Shown here: positions 10,001 through 18,486 of the stretch, piece after piece
Position numbering within the stretch: the first letter of the stretch is position 1
Layout: each line of letters opens with the position of its first letter
NCBI GenBank assembly: GCA_016839815.1
Contig: JAEOTM010000154.1
Location: 1-42,251 of the forward strand
Origin: Candidatus Hodarchaeota archaeon
GTDB lineage: Archaea > Asgardarchaeota > Heimdallarchaeia > Hodarchaeales > Hodarchaeaceae
Length of the DNA stretch: 42,251 nucleotides
Reading direction: 5' to 3'
The notes under the pieces: generated by a model
What the model was told of the DNA's origin: nothing
The model's input: only the letters and a program-made list of their open reading frames with translations
Databases searched by the model: none
Translations under genes and position numbers: made by a program

Positions 10001-10261
10001 TTCATACAGACTATCGATATAATCTGCTAAGGATTCCACATCAAATGAATAATTGCCAATGAAATTCTTTTCTGCTAATATGCCATAATTAACTTCAGTG
10101 GATGATATTTCTTTTATAGATTCGTTTAAAGCTTGTGGATATTCGTACACTGAGGAAATTGAACTGGATAAAACAGTCAAAGGAAGGATTACTAAGAATA
10201 TCAGGAATGTTCCTTCTACAAATTTCCGATATCTATTTACTCTGATTCTACGGATAAGCAT
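7076..10261 (-). CDS. Large membrane-anchored surface glycoprotein with prenyltransferase/squalene-oxidase-like alpha-toroid repeats and Ig-like beta domains
   Basis: N-terminal hydrophobic signal/anchor; repeats of the G-G-(F/Y)...T-(Y/F/W)-x-A-L type (ATYEALAVL, STFQALSIL, ETWYALQSI, DTYYASLVY); beta-rich C-terminal half with many N-x-S/T sequons; C-terminal TM followed by LRRNS. Start placed at ATG 10261 rather than 10441. Confidence 0.75.
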   Translation of the reverse strand: MLIRRIRVNRYRKFVEGTFLIFLVILPLTVLSSSISSVYEYPQALNESIKEISSTEVNYGILAEKNFIGNYSFDVESLADYIDSLYETTEAIFYESVGGFSTSIATYEALAVLRIFGLDYYQFFSNWPEYEEAISNKLLVDLEDEAGSGGYRLSPIVSSPSLEGTFGVVNALWLMNQLTRQLKGKSQSVMNYTIRDTFDLTKFGFHEKGQSPDLKSTFQALSILDLVYKVVIEVQDSITTPIVNQTIRNFMTNYSVNIFNFIEGFLIDNTYFFDNTSSRTPIEETWYALQSIAVLEQFSPKVGISLPKKLVEYQSQIQSWLPSFLKTSGMTKGGYGFYNNATTKETGIVYAISHLLNITDDIDHIEALNFVNSSQLLKRENRTYITSELPDIGGFSSNNLTYSSPDVNHRINIHDTYYASLVYLLSRSVFESIDLDLNTAYYQKNQRINKSNYLIQGEITSIELGMKTFDYKSHGSLSLTTTIDNWEITHPSYSENNEVFTRESSAIYTINIENDSNNDFNWTLGSHKIVNHLSIRNFPVIRSPVYLQNSTVIVGYAPKYDFGTTLIQPGVTVNATVYYQNRSVNTYETINITIGSLTVNITSPSDQISNLLTYQPMNQSTYSFNFEIPFNNQALLGTWDLSFKFNNSLTILDTYYPLEITDEVKLVNITKLPIYYPGLPLDINVSLEYSNGYFTPKANASLLFISNETQVKAFDVKLSHRTGNIYSSIDQICPIRFITGFYNLSVKLSWNSSSSYQFSTISNSSLVDIQIGGTPVLYQSSINTDQRGNLSISSSYTIYYGERLNTTSVVAISTPFGIYNITDSDVNMIGGLVNNSDETEFIQRFKVVQVNESIFLSAYINPNLVETTFGTRFKIKSEWNDSYVYIRNPSDPSHNMNFNLTLSGEFSITNIEYYSLNEEDGLPIYALDTASVITISFEVVNSEFNNIPVSNINLYGILDIEGKLGKLNQSLPSITSAIDDNGTHIYLLSIPPASLDPNTYVVSVYSTTGISPNLKIGDLEPGFKIVSTLTPTPIIKLHEALILIMVITMIGLLYVNLRRNS

Positions 10262-10460
10262 TTCTCTTTCACGTCGAGTAATGACTTGAATACTGAAACT
10301 TGGACAGAAGGAGATGGTTTTCTTTGAAAATATTATCCTTTCGGAAAATTTGTTTCTCTGACTCTCAATTAACAAACGAACCCAATAAAGCGAAAATTCT
10401 AAATGAAATTTCCTTCCTTGTTTGAATGACGAATTACGCATATTTAGGTTGAACTATACA

Positions 10461-10850
10461 ATGGGTAGAAATCTAGAGGATCAAATGCGGTTATCAATGA
10501 GAGGTATACTATCCAAACAGATGATAGCGGGTGGAGATAAAAATAAAGTCATTGCCTCGTTTGTTTGCGATGATAATGGATTTCCATTGACCGGAATGAA
10601 AAAATCTGGTGATTCCATCATTGATATGGATTCTAAAGACTTTGAACAGATATCTGCGTTAATACCTCAAATTTGGAGTGCAACTAATACATCTACACGA
10701 GATTTGGAATTATTAGATCTAAAAAATAGCGAAATAAATCATATTACAGTTGGATTTAAGGATGAAAAAAACAGCAGTCCAAATTTTGAGCTGTTAATTG
10801 CACGATTAGATGAATTATACATATCATCTCTCTTTAGATCAAAGAAATAG
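10461..10850 (+). CDS. Roadblock/LC7 (LAMTOR/MglB-like) domain protein
   Basis: Pattern of helix, VIASFVCDDNGFPL (beta-beta with D-x-G), EQISALIPQIW helix, then strands; about 130 aa. Start placed at ATG 10461. Confidence 0.65.
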   Translation: MGRNLEDQMRLSMRGILSKQMIAGGDKNKVIASFVCDDNGFPLTGMKKSGDSIIDMDSKDFEQISALIPQIWSATNTSTRDLELLDLKNSEINHITVGFKDEKNSSPNFELLIARLDELYISSLFRSKK

Positions 10851-10858
10851 GTGTTGAA

Positions 10859-12109
10859 ATGTCGAAAGTAGAAGTAGAGACAAAAATAGAACTAATTCAA
10901 AAGCGTAAGAAAAAGATAATAGGCATTGCGTTTGATAAAAGCCAGAAAATTAGAAAATCAATTCAGAAACACCGAAAGAAAATCTTAGAGGATACTCAGA
11001 AGTTAATTGATGAAACAGATCCCCAACTTACAGAAGAAGGAGTTCAAAAAATCACAAAAAAGGGGAAAATTTATTTTAGGTCACTCAAAGCCTTTAATCC
11101 CTTCCTGCACTTCATTAATACACAAATGACCAAGCTAAAGATACCTGAAGGAAAGAAACAACTTACTTCCTCTGAGCTCAATCAATTTGTGAGAAATCTA
11201 TCAAGATTAGTGAACGATATTAATAAAGAAAAGGCCCAGGTTGATGCAATCATGGGGCTCGATTTCATGCTTAAAAAACGAGGAATTTATGCTGCTTTTG
11301 CCAAAATTACATCTGAACTCAATGATCTACGTGATTTACAAAAAGAAGAGTATTCTGTTGTTAAAGCAATTGAAGATTTGGAATCAATTGTTAGAGACAT
11401 AGAAAATATCCAGGTAAAAACCAAACAACTAGAGGAAGAACAAAATAATCTTGAAGCAGAACTAAAATTGGCAGAAGAATCTCTGAATGCAAAAGAAGAA
11501 ATTAGAACTGCTCTAGTTACAAATCCATTAATTAGCAATTCTCGACAGAGGGGAATCAGGATGACGGAATTAGAAATCGAAATAGGTACCCATTTAAATT
11601 CATTCAAGAAGATATTCAAAAAGTACGCTCGTGAAGTACAAAGAGGAAGCCTTTCGGGGGAATTTGGATTAGTTAATACCGCTTTGAGTTACGAAGAGAA
11701 TCCTGTACGGAAATTTTTAGAAGAACCAGAGAATAACCCAGAAATTTCTGCGCTTATGGAGGAATTGATGGCGGTAGGTGAAGCAAGCTTACATTTAAAA
11801 CAAAAGAATATTTTAAACCTAAGTCGAGCACTCAAGAATATCCAAAATGGAAAAATCGACCCCCAAAAGAATGAATGGCACGAGCTAAAACAGAGAAAAA
11901 TCAAAGATGATACCTCCACTGAGTTTAAGAAAATAAATGGAGAATTAAATATTTGTGAAAACGAAATAAAAGGGATTGAGGAGAATATAACTGGAATTAA
12001 AGAAAATATATCTTTGAGGTCACGTGAGATGACGAATCTCTCCGAATCATTAGAAAACAGGCAAAATAGGTCCATGGAAATCACTGAAGAAGTTATGAAT
12101 CAACCATAA
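10859..12109 (+). CDS. Coiled-coil-rich hypothetical protein
   Basis: 416 aa, K/E-rich with long heptad segments interrupted by a helical globular part (FKKIFKKY...YEENPVRKFLEE); 8 nt downstream of the Roadblock gene with an AGGTG SD-like motif. Confidence 0.75.
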   Translation: MSKVEVETKIELIQKRKKKIIGIAFDKSQKIRKSIQKHRKKILEDTQKLIDETDPQLTEEGVQKITKKGKIYFRSLKAFNPFLHFINTQMTKLKIPEGKKQLTSSELNQFVRNLSRLVNDINKEKAQVDAIMGLDFMLKKRGIYAAFAKITSELNDLRDLQKEEYSVVKAIEDLESIVRDIENIQVKTKQLEEEQNNLEAELKLAEESLNAKEEIRTALVTNPLISNSRQRGIRMTELEIEIGTHLNSFKKIFKKYAREVQRGSLSGEFGLVNTALSYEENPVRKFLEEPENNPEISALMEELMAVGEASLHLKQKNILNLSRALKNIQNGKIDPQKNEWHELKQRKIKDDTSTEFKKINGELNICENEIKGIEENITGIKENISLRSREMTNLSESLENRQNRSMEITEEVMNQP

Positions 12110-12159
12110 CGTGAGATTGTAAAATCTAAAGTGACGAATGATGACTTATCGTGTTTAAA

Positions 12160-12185
12160 AAGCCCTTTTCGTTCTAAAAGGGTTT
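12160..12185. terminator. Hairpin between convergent genes (possible bidirectional terminator)
   Basis: AAGCCCTTTT-CGTTCT-AAAAGGGTTT inverted repeat (one G-U pair) between the stops at 12109 and 12187. Confidence 0.5.
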
Positions 12186-12186
12186 C

Positions 12187-14583
12187 TTAAAGACCAATAT
12201 AACTATTTTGAGTTCCTCTATTGAATATTTTTAGTGAGAGAAGATTTCCAATTCCCATTTCGTTTTTCAGATTGAAAAAGTAGAAAGGGTAACCTAATAC
12301 TAAAGCATCGACTTTATTGGGAGTTAAACTCTTTGGGGTTCGACCTTCGAGAAACTCAATTTCATTGTCAGATATTGACAGAACCTTCGTGGGTGATCCA
12401 ATATCGAAATCTTCTTTGTCATACAGAGTAAATGACTCGTTTAGAGCTTTTAATCGTGAAAAGAAATGTTTTTCCCTCTCCCAATTACGCGCCTTTATCA
12501 TTTGGATTTGGGGGGGTAAATCAATTATCAAATCTTTCCCTTTAAAGCGATGTTCAGTTTGAAATTCATCCTCCAAGAGAAACGTTGATTTTTGAAATGT
12601 ATCACTTATTGTAGCTTGCTTCAAAATCCAAGGTTGGATTGATCCATTTTTATAAAGGAACCAGTACCTTGAATTTTCGAAACTAGATAGGCTAATTCCA
12701 ATTGACTTCGATTTTATCTTCTTCTTATTCGAATCGAAGATGAATTTTCTGAATTTTCCATCAATAATCTCAATATCTCTTAAAATGGCTTTTTTTCCTG
12801 ATTTAAGGAAGTATTCTTGATGAGGATCAGCAATTACGAAATCATAGTCACTTTTATGAATATCCACACGTGTATGATTATCTTCCTCTAGCTCTAATAC
12901 AAATTGAATTGGTGAAACAATGTTTCCTGTAATCTTATATTCAACAACTTTACCCCATTTAGCGGTATCCTTCTTTAACCTCGGTTTAGCTAGAACATGG
13001 TGATTAAGATATTTCTTGGTGGTTTCTTCTTCATAAGTAATATCTAAATAATCTTGAATAGTACCAAAATCATCTTTATACTTTTTTGAAAGTAAACGAG
13101 CGATATCTGTATGGGCGCTCTGTAGACGAGCTATTGATCGTCCCCGAAAACCTGGAAGTAGTAAGGTCCATATCATGAATCCCGCCCTTACAGCGCCTAT
13201 GGAATGATCAGTCTGCATTGCCAACCTTATGGATGTTAGAGGATGTGAAGCAATCAAATTCATGAAACATGTCATCCGACTAGGGGCAAGATTTTGATAC
13301 AGATAGAATGCTTGGTCACCCATAAAACGAATATTTTCATCATTTGTCCGTTTCTTTCCGGTCATTAACTGGGTATTGAAACCAATTTCTCCCGCTATCC
13401 CATAATAGAATCCCTCTAGTCTATATAAGGATTCTGCGAGTTCCACTCCGTACCCAACTTCTCTAGTGATTTTATCAGCCTGTCCTTCTAACATCTTGAC
13501 AAATGTTAATAAGAAGGCAAATAATACGATATTGAGTAACCAGAATTCTAAAAAGTTCCAAGCTTGCGCTCCGAGAAATACAAAGTCCCAATAGGTAGAA
13601 GGAGCATCAATTCTCCACTTTATGAGAAGTTCAATAGCAGTAATTACTAATAAAATTAGAGTATGTTTTCTTTTAACATGAGCAAGTTCATGGGCTGTAA
13701 TACCCCGTATTTCTGCGTCAGTAAATTGATCTAAATCAGAGGCGATGTAAGCAATTCTCTGGTCAAACCATGGCCCAAAAGCAAATGCGTTTAGAATTGG
13801 AGCTTTTACAATCCCTATCTTTCGAATTGGAGTGTGAATTTTTTCCTGGACTTCTGAAATTATCCTATGAACTCTTTCATCATTTAGAGGTTTAATTGCA
13901 TAAAGAAATGTTAAGAGGTACCCAGAAATCAAGTAGATAAAGCAGTTTACCAAGAAAATTGCAGGATACTTAACAATATCTGGTAAGTTTAAATTAGCAA
14001 GGATTAGAATTGCAACCAAATATAATACTAAATAAGTCATCTGTGGACTAATAAATCGTGTAACTACAATGAATCTGCGTCCAAATAGGAGAAATGCTGT
14101 AAATACCATTACCCATATTATCAAGTTATAACCGATACCTATGAAGAATTGTTGAATATCAATTGTATCATTAAAACCAATAGAAATAAGCCAGTTCTTT
14201 ATAGAAATTCCTAAAGATGGTATGGATCTAGAAGTCACAAATGCAACGGCAACCATTATGAAGAAAAAGCCATAACTTACTGTGAAGGTTCCCATCATAC
14301 GTACCCAAATAGGATTTTCACGCACTTCGAACGTTCCGATTATCATTAACCCCAATATACCTGCTAATCCTGATAGCAACATGTCACCTGTCAAGGCAAA
14401 TAATCCCGTTCCCAAAAATCCTATAGCTGATAATTCCATAATATCAGGATAAGATCGATATTTCAAATACTTCCGAAGCTCTAGAAGGAATACTACAAGA
14501 AGTAATATCGATATAACTCCAGAAATAATGCGTTCTGATGGGTAGGACTCTAATACGCTCAATAGATCTGTTTGTGATAACAT
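12187..14583 (-). CDS. M48 family (HtpX/Ste24-like) membrane zinc metalloprotease with extended N-terminal TM region and C-terminal beta-rich domain
   Basis: ILNAFAFG, ITAHELAHVKRKH (HExxH), EGQAD third-ligand motif, ASHPLTSIRL; multiple TM helices; about 300-aa soluble C-terminal extension. Confidence 0.88.
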   Translation of the reverse strand: MLSQTDLLSVLESYPSERIISGVISILLLVVFLLELRKYLKYRSYPDIMELSAIGFLGTGLFALTGDMLLSGLAGILGLMIIGTFEVRENPIWVRMMGTFTVSYGFFFIMVAVAFVTSRSIPSLGISIKNWLISIGFNDTIDIQQFFIGIGYNLIIWVMVFTAFLLFGRRFIVVTRFISPQMTYLVLYLVAILILANLNLPDIVKYPAIFLVNCFIYLISGYLLTFLYAIKPLNDERVHRIISEVQEKIHTPIRKIGIVKAPILNAFAFGPWFDQRIAYIASDLDQFTDAEIRGITAHELAHVKRKHTLILLVITAIELLIKWRIDAPSTYWDFVFLGAQAWNFLEFWLLNIVLFAFLLTFVKMLEGQADKITREVGYGVELAESLYRLEGFYYGIAGEIGFNTQLMTGKKRTNDENIRFMGDQAFYLYQNLAPSRMTCFMNLIASHPLTSIRLAMQTDHSIGAVRAGFMIWTLLLPGFRGRSIARLQSAHTDIARLLSKKYKDDFGTIQDYLDITYEEETTKKYLNHHVLAKPRLKKDTAKWGKVVEYKITGNIVSPIQFVLELEEDNHTRVDIHKSDYDFVIADPHQEYFLKSGKKAILRDIEIIDGKFRKFIFDSNKKKIKSKSIGISLSSFENSRYWFLYKNGSIQPWILKQATISDTFQKSTFLLEDEFQTEHRFKGKDLIIDLPPQIQMIKARNWEREKHFFSRLKALNESFTLYDKEDFDIGSPTKVLSISDNEIEFLEGRTPKSLTPNKVDALVLGYPFYFFNLKNEMGIGNLLSLKIFNRGTQNSYIGL

Positions 14584-14768
14584 GCTAGCTTACACCAAGT
14601 GTAAAAAGTTTAATGGAGACTTTGGATGCAATTACGCCAATATTTTTGCATTATAAATGGCTACTGAACATTTCTTCAGAATGATGTATCAAAGGCGAAA
14701 TTATAAATGAAGACCTTTTTACATCTTAATCAAAGATAATTCTCAGTTTTACATTGTGTGATGAATAA

Positions 14769-15698
14769 GTGAAAGGATCTTCCAAACCTGCATGGATTCG
14801 GGCCAAACTCCCCACTAATATTAAATTTAAAGAAGTATATAGGCTAATTAGCGATCAAGGACTTCATACTGTTTGCACAGAAGCGTTCTGTCCAAATAGG
14901 ACTGAGTGTTGGGAGTCTGGAACAGCTACATTCTTATTGATGGGGGCTTATTGTACCAGAGCATGTAAATTTTGTGATGTAGATACTAAAAATCCTCATC
15001 AGGTATTAGATCATGAGGAACCAACGAAAGTGGCGGACGCAGTTACCAGACTCCAATTAAAGTTTGCGGTTCTTACATCAGTTACAAGAGATGATCTTCC
15101 TGATGGAGGAGCAGCCCATCTAGCTAAATGTATTAAGGCTATAAAGCAAAAAACACCTTCTACAATGGTTGAGATACTTATTCCAGATTTTAAGGGAAGT
15201 ATGAGTTCATTGAAGACCATAATTAGTGCTGAACCTGATGTGATAGGTCACAATATCGAAACAACGGAAATTCTCACCCCACGAGTGCGTGATCCACGAG
15301 CTAAATATCAACAATCATTATTTGTTCTAAAAACTTTAAAAGAATTGAACCCTGAAATCTTTACAAAATCTTCAATAATGTTAGGATTTGGTGAAACTGA
15401 TCAACAAATTATTTCGTCACTTGAAGATCTAAAAGAAGCCAGTGTTGATATTGTTACACTGGGCCAGTATCTTCAACCTTCTAGGAAAGCTCTTCCTGTT
15501 AAAGAATTTATCGAACCAGAAAAATTTTTGTATTGGGAAAAAATAGCCCAAGAGATGGGTTTTTCTGCAGTAGTCTCTGGTCCACTTGTAAGAAGTTCTT
15601 ATCAAGCTGGAATACAATTTATTAAAGCAAAAGCCAAATTAGAGAATAATCGTAAAATCAATTTTACTAGTTCGAAAAATACTATGAATACAATATGA
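14769..15698 (+). CDS. lipA: Lipoyl synthase
   Basis: CTEAFCPNRTEC (Cx4Cx5C), CTRACKFC radical-SAM motif, TSVTRDDLPDGGA, GPLVRSSY. Confidence 0.97.
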   Translation: MKGSSKPAWIRAKLPTNIKFKEVYRLISDQGLHTVCTEAFCPNRTECWESGTATFLLMGAYCTRACKFCDVDTKNPHQVLDHEEPTKVADAVTRLQLKFAVLTSVTRDDLPDGGAAHLAKCIKAIKQKTPSTMVEILIPDFKGSMSSLKTIISAEPDVIGHNIETTEILTPRVRDPRAKYQQSLFVLKTLKELNPEIFTKSSIMLGFGETDQQIISSLEDLKEASVDIVTLGQYLQPSRKALPVKEFIEPEKFLYWEKIAQEMGFSAVVSGPLVRSSYQAGIQFIKAKAKLENNRKINFTSSKNTMNTI

Positions 15699-15985
15699 AT
15701 TATTTCGTGCTCTTTTATCAAGTAAGGTGTGGAGAGAGTTTGTCATTGTTAAGCCTAGAAAAATCGTCCTTAAATCGAATATTCTAACTAGACTTTGGAA
15801 ATTGTCCCTCTAATACTACAATAGTCTTTAAAAGAAGGTTGTGTCTGGAATCAGAAAATTGGAATAATAAGAAAATTCTTTTGAGGATTGATTGAGCCTA
15901 TTCAATATAAATTTGATTTAAAATGAACGGAACATTTCTCTAGATAGGCATTAAAACCTTAAATTGGGTGTTGGTTCGATTAGAT

Positions 15986-16987
15986 ATGGGTCAAGGAAAT
16001 CTTGTTAATCATCAAAAATGTCCAGAGTGCGGGGCGGTAGATAATATAGTCTCTGATCCGAGGTCAGGTCAATGGATTTGTGCATGTTGTGGGGTGGTTG
16101 TAGATTCATTAATGTTCGATCAAGGACCTGAATGGCGAGCTTATGATTATCAGGAGGAACAAGATCGCTCAAGAGGTGGATCTCCTTTATCTTTACTTCA
16201 ACCAGATTTTGGGATTAAAACTCAAATTAGTAAATCCCGGAAAGATGGGAAAGGAAGAAAACTTTCATCTAATAAAAGATTAGCGTATAATCGATTAACA
16301 AATGTAGATAATCATGCTCATGAAAGTGAAATACGCAACCTGAGAATCGCTTTGAGAGAACTTAAACGTCTTCGTAGCCAAATGGAACTTCCAGAGAGAA
16401 CAGCTCAAATGGCGAGTTCGTATTATCGGCAATGTCTTAAGAAGAATCTGATTCGTGGACGTTCAATTGATGGAATGATTGCAGCGAGTCTATATCTTGC
16501 TTGTCGGAAGACTAAAATCCCTCTTACACTAAAAGATGTCTCCATTAACGCCAATGTTTCTGCAAAGGAGTTAGGCCGGTGTGTTAGGACTATAATTCAG
16601 CATCTAAGAACAAAACCCGACTCTGGAAGACACGAGGCTTTAATCCATCGTTTAGGGGAAGAATTGTCACTATCTATGCCTACACGAATGATTGCAGTGA
16701 AGATCGCGATAAAAACCCGAGAATGTGGAATTACAGTTGGTAAAAATCCAATGTCTATCGCTGCAGCTTGTCTTTATATTGCCGGAGTAAAAACAGGAGA
16801 GCGGCGTACTCAACAGCAAATAGCTCGTGCAGCAAAAACTACTCCAGTTACCATAAGAAATCGATTCAAGGAAATAGTTCGAATTTTAGGAATGGACGAT
16901 ATTGAAGTAAAACGTGGTGCTGCTGCAATCCCTGTATTCATTGATGATCCACGAGCCTTACTAAGTACTACTCAGAATGCCTTCTGA
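15986..16987 (+). CDS. tfb: Transcription initiation factor IIB (TFB)
   Basis: Zn ribbon CPECG...CACCG, B-reader DQGPEWRAY, cyclin repeats (LIRGRSIDGMIAASLYLACR; GKNPMSIAAACLYIA), TTPVTIRNRFKE. Start is ATG 15986 or GTG 15968. Confidence 0.96.
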   Translation: MGQGNLVNHQKCPECGAVDNIVSDPRSGQWICACCGVVVDSLMFDQGPEWRAYDYQEEQDRSRGGSPLSLLQPDFGIKTQISKSRKDGKGRKLSSNKRLAYNRLTNVDNHAHESEIRNLRIALRELKRLRSQMELPERTAQMASSYYRQCLKKNLIRGRSIDGMIAASLYLACRKTKIPLTLKDVSINANVSAKELGRCVRTIIQHLRTKPDSGRHEALIHRLGEELSLSMPTRMIAVKIAIKTRECGITVGKNPMSIAAACLYIAGVKTGERRTQQQIARAAKTTPVTIRNRFKEIVRILGMDDIEVKRGAAAIPVFIDDPRALLSTTQNAF

Positions 16988-17022
16988 TGCTTTCTCTTTT
17001 TTCTTCAAGAAAGCCTCCTGTA

Positions 17023-18345
17023 CTATAGGTTTATTTCTGGAATCTGATTGATGTGACCAGTTCTTTTTGTCTTGTATTCAAATACAAGAAATCCAGCTAT
17101 CAAGCCGAATGTGTGGAACCCAAGTAGTAATATACCAAAGAGTAAATTATTTGGATTAGAAGTTAGTAGGAGCGCATTGACGAATTCAAACACAAGAATG
17201 AAAATCGCATTAAGAAAAAAGAATCGATTCTCTTTGGTGAATAATTGATAATTCTTCAAATAGAGCATGAATCTCTTGAGATACTCTATAAGGTTCCGTT
17301 TCATCAATGTAACAAAGGTTCGAATAATAATGTAAATTGTAAGAAATAATAACAGTAAATACGAAAATAGAAGTAATAGTTCCAAAAAATCGGATATTTC
17401 TGAGGTTGATACTCCTATTTGAGCAAGAATTGAAAAGGAATTCCATAGAGAATGGAACAATACTGCAAAAAATAATCCATACCGATAGTAAATTAGTCCA
17501 AGAACTACTCCAAGAAAGAAAACAACGAACATATGTTCAGCAGTAAATCTAAATGATCCATTCTGTAAATCGGCAGGTAGATGATTTAAACTAAATATAA
17601 TACTACTAAGTAGTATCACAGATCCCTTTGATGAAATTCTCTCTTCTAGAAATGATATTACATGTTGACGAAACACAATTTCCTCAAATAAGGGCCCGAT
17701 GAATATTACTAATAGAGAAAAAAGGAATATCATTAGAGGATTTATGAAATAATCATCATATGGAGTTGTATATGTTTGAGGAACAGACATTTCATCCATG
17801 AGGAAATCAATTAGGATAATTCCTAGTTCCAGTAAAGCTAGCAATATAAGAAATATTACTCCTGTGAAAATAGCAGTTTGTTTCTTCTTTTCCACAGGTC
17901 TTATCTTTTTCACAGTAAATGGTAAAATTTTTGCTAAAGCGAAAATAAAGACGAGATTTGAAATAATAGTGATTATAAGATTCAAAAATGCTATAACTAC
18001 TTCATCATCAAAAAGATTAAATGGTAAAGCAAGAACAATAAGTATTCCCATAATTGATTGGAATATAAAATATGAAGAAAGAATAAATACGATTAATAGA
18101 CTTGAATCAAAAGGTAGGAGTTTTTTAATATACCAAGGTGTTGATTTTTGGTCGGATACTCGTGTTCCAATCGCTTGTGGAGCAGAACAGACCGGACATT
18201 GTAGTAAATCACTGAAATATTCACTCTTACAATTTATACAAACTGTAACCCTTGCCAGTCTTTCTCCACAGAAGATACAATAACGATTAATTGGGATATT
18301 TTTGCTGCAATTTGGACAGATGATCTTAGGCATATTATGATCCAC
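17023..18345 (-). CDS. CPBP (Abi/Rce1-type CAAX) intramembrane metalloprotease with N-terminal double zinc ribbon
   Basis: EEIVFR, FSLNH and HSLWN motifs; N-terminal CPNC...CIFC...CINC...CPVC; many TM helices. Confidence 0.9.
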   Translation of the reverse strand: MDHNMPKIICPNCSKNIPINRYCIFCGERLARVTVCINCKSEYFSDLLQCPVCSAPQAIGTRVSDQKSTPWYIKKLLPFDSSLLIVFILSSYFIFQSIMGILIVLALPFNLFDDEVVIAFLNLIITIISNLVFIFALAKILPFTVKKIRPVEKKKQTAIFTGVIFLILLALLELGIILIDFLMDEMSVPQTYTTPYDDYFINPLMIFLFSLLVIFIGPLFEEIVFRQHVISFLEERISSKGSVILLSSIIFSLNHLPADLQNGSFRFTAEHMFVVFFLGVVLGLIYYRYGLFFAVLFHSLWNSFSILAQIGVSTSEISDFLELLLLFSYLLLLFLTIYIIIRTFVTLMKRNLIEYLKRFMLYLKNYQLFTKENRFFFLNAIFILVFEFVNALLLTSNPNNLLFGILLLGFHTFGLIAGFLVFEYKTKRTGHINQIPEINL

Positions 18346-18486
18346 TATTGCCTTCTGAGACGAGTTCCACTAAAAAGGTATTGGTTTAGGAAACGTATTA
18401 AACTTAATGCTTAAAATCAAGATTAAAAGGTTCATTCTTTTACACGTCCAAAGACTTCGTATCACTCAAACGAAGAGGGTATTTCA

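Noticed and set aside
10262-10441. 60-codon N-terminal extension of the large surface-protein ORF
   Set aside because: It overlaps the divergent gene's upstream region and looks non-coding. ATG 10261 gives a normal basic-then-hydrophobic signal sequence.
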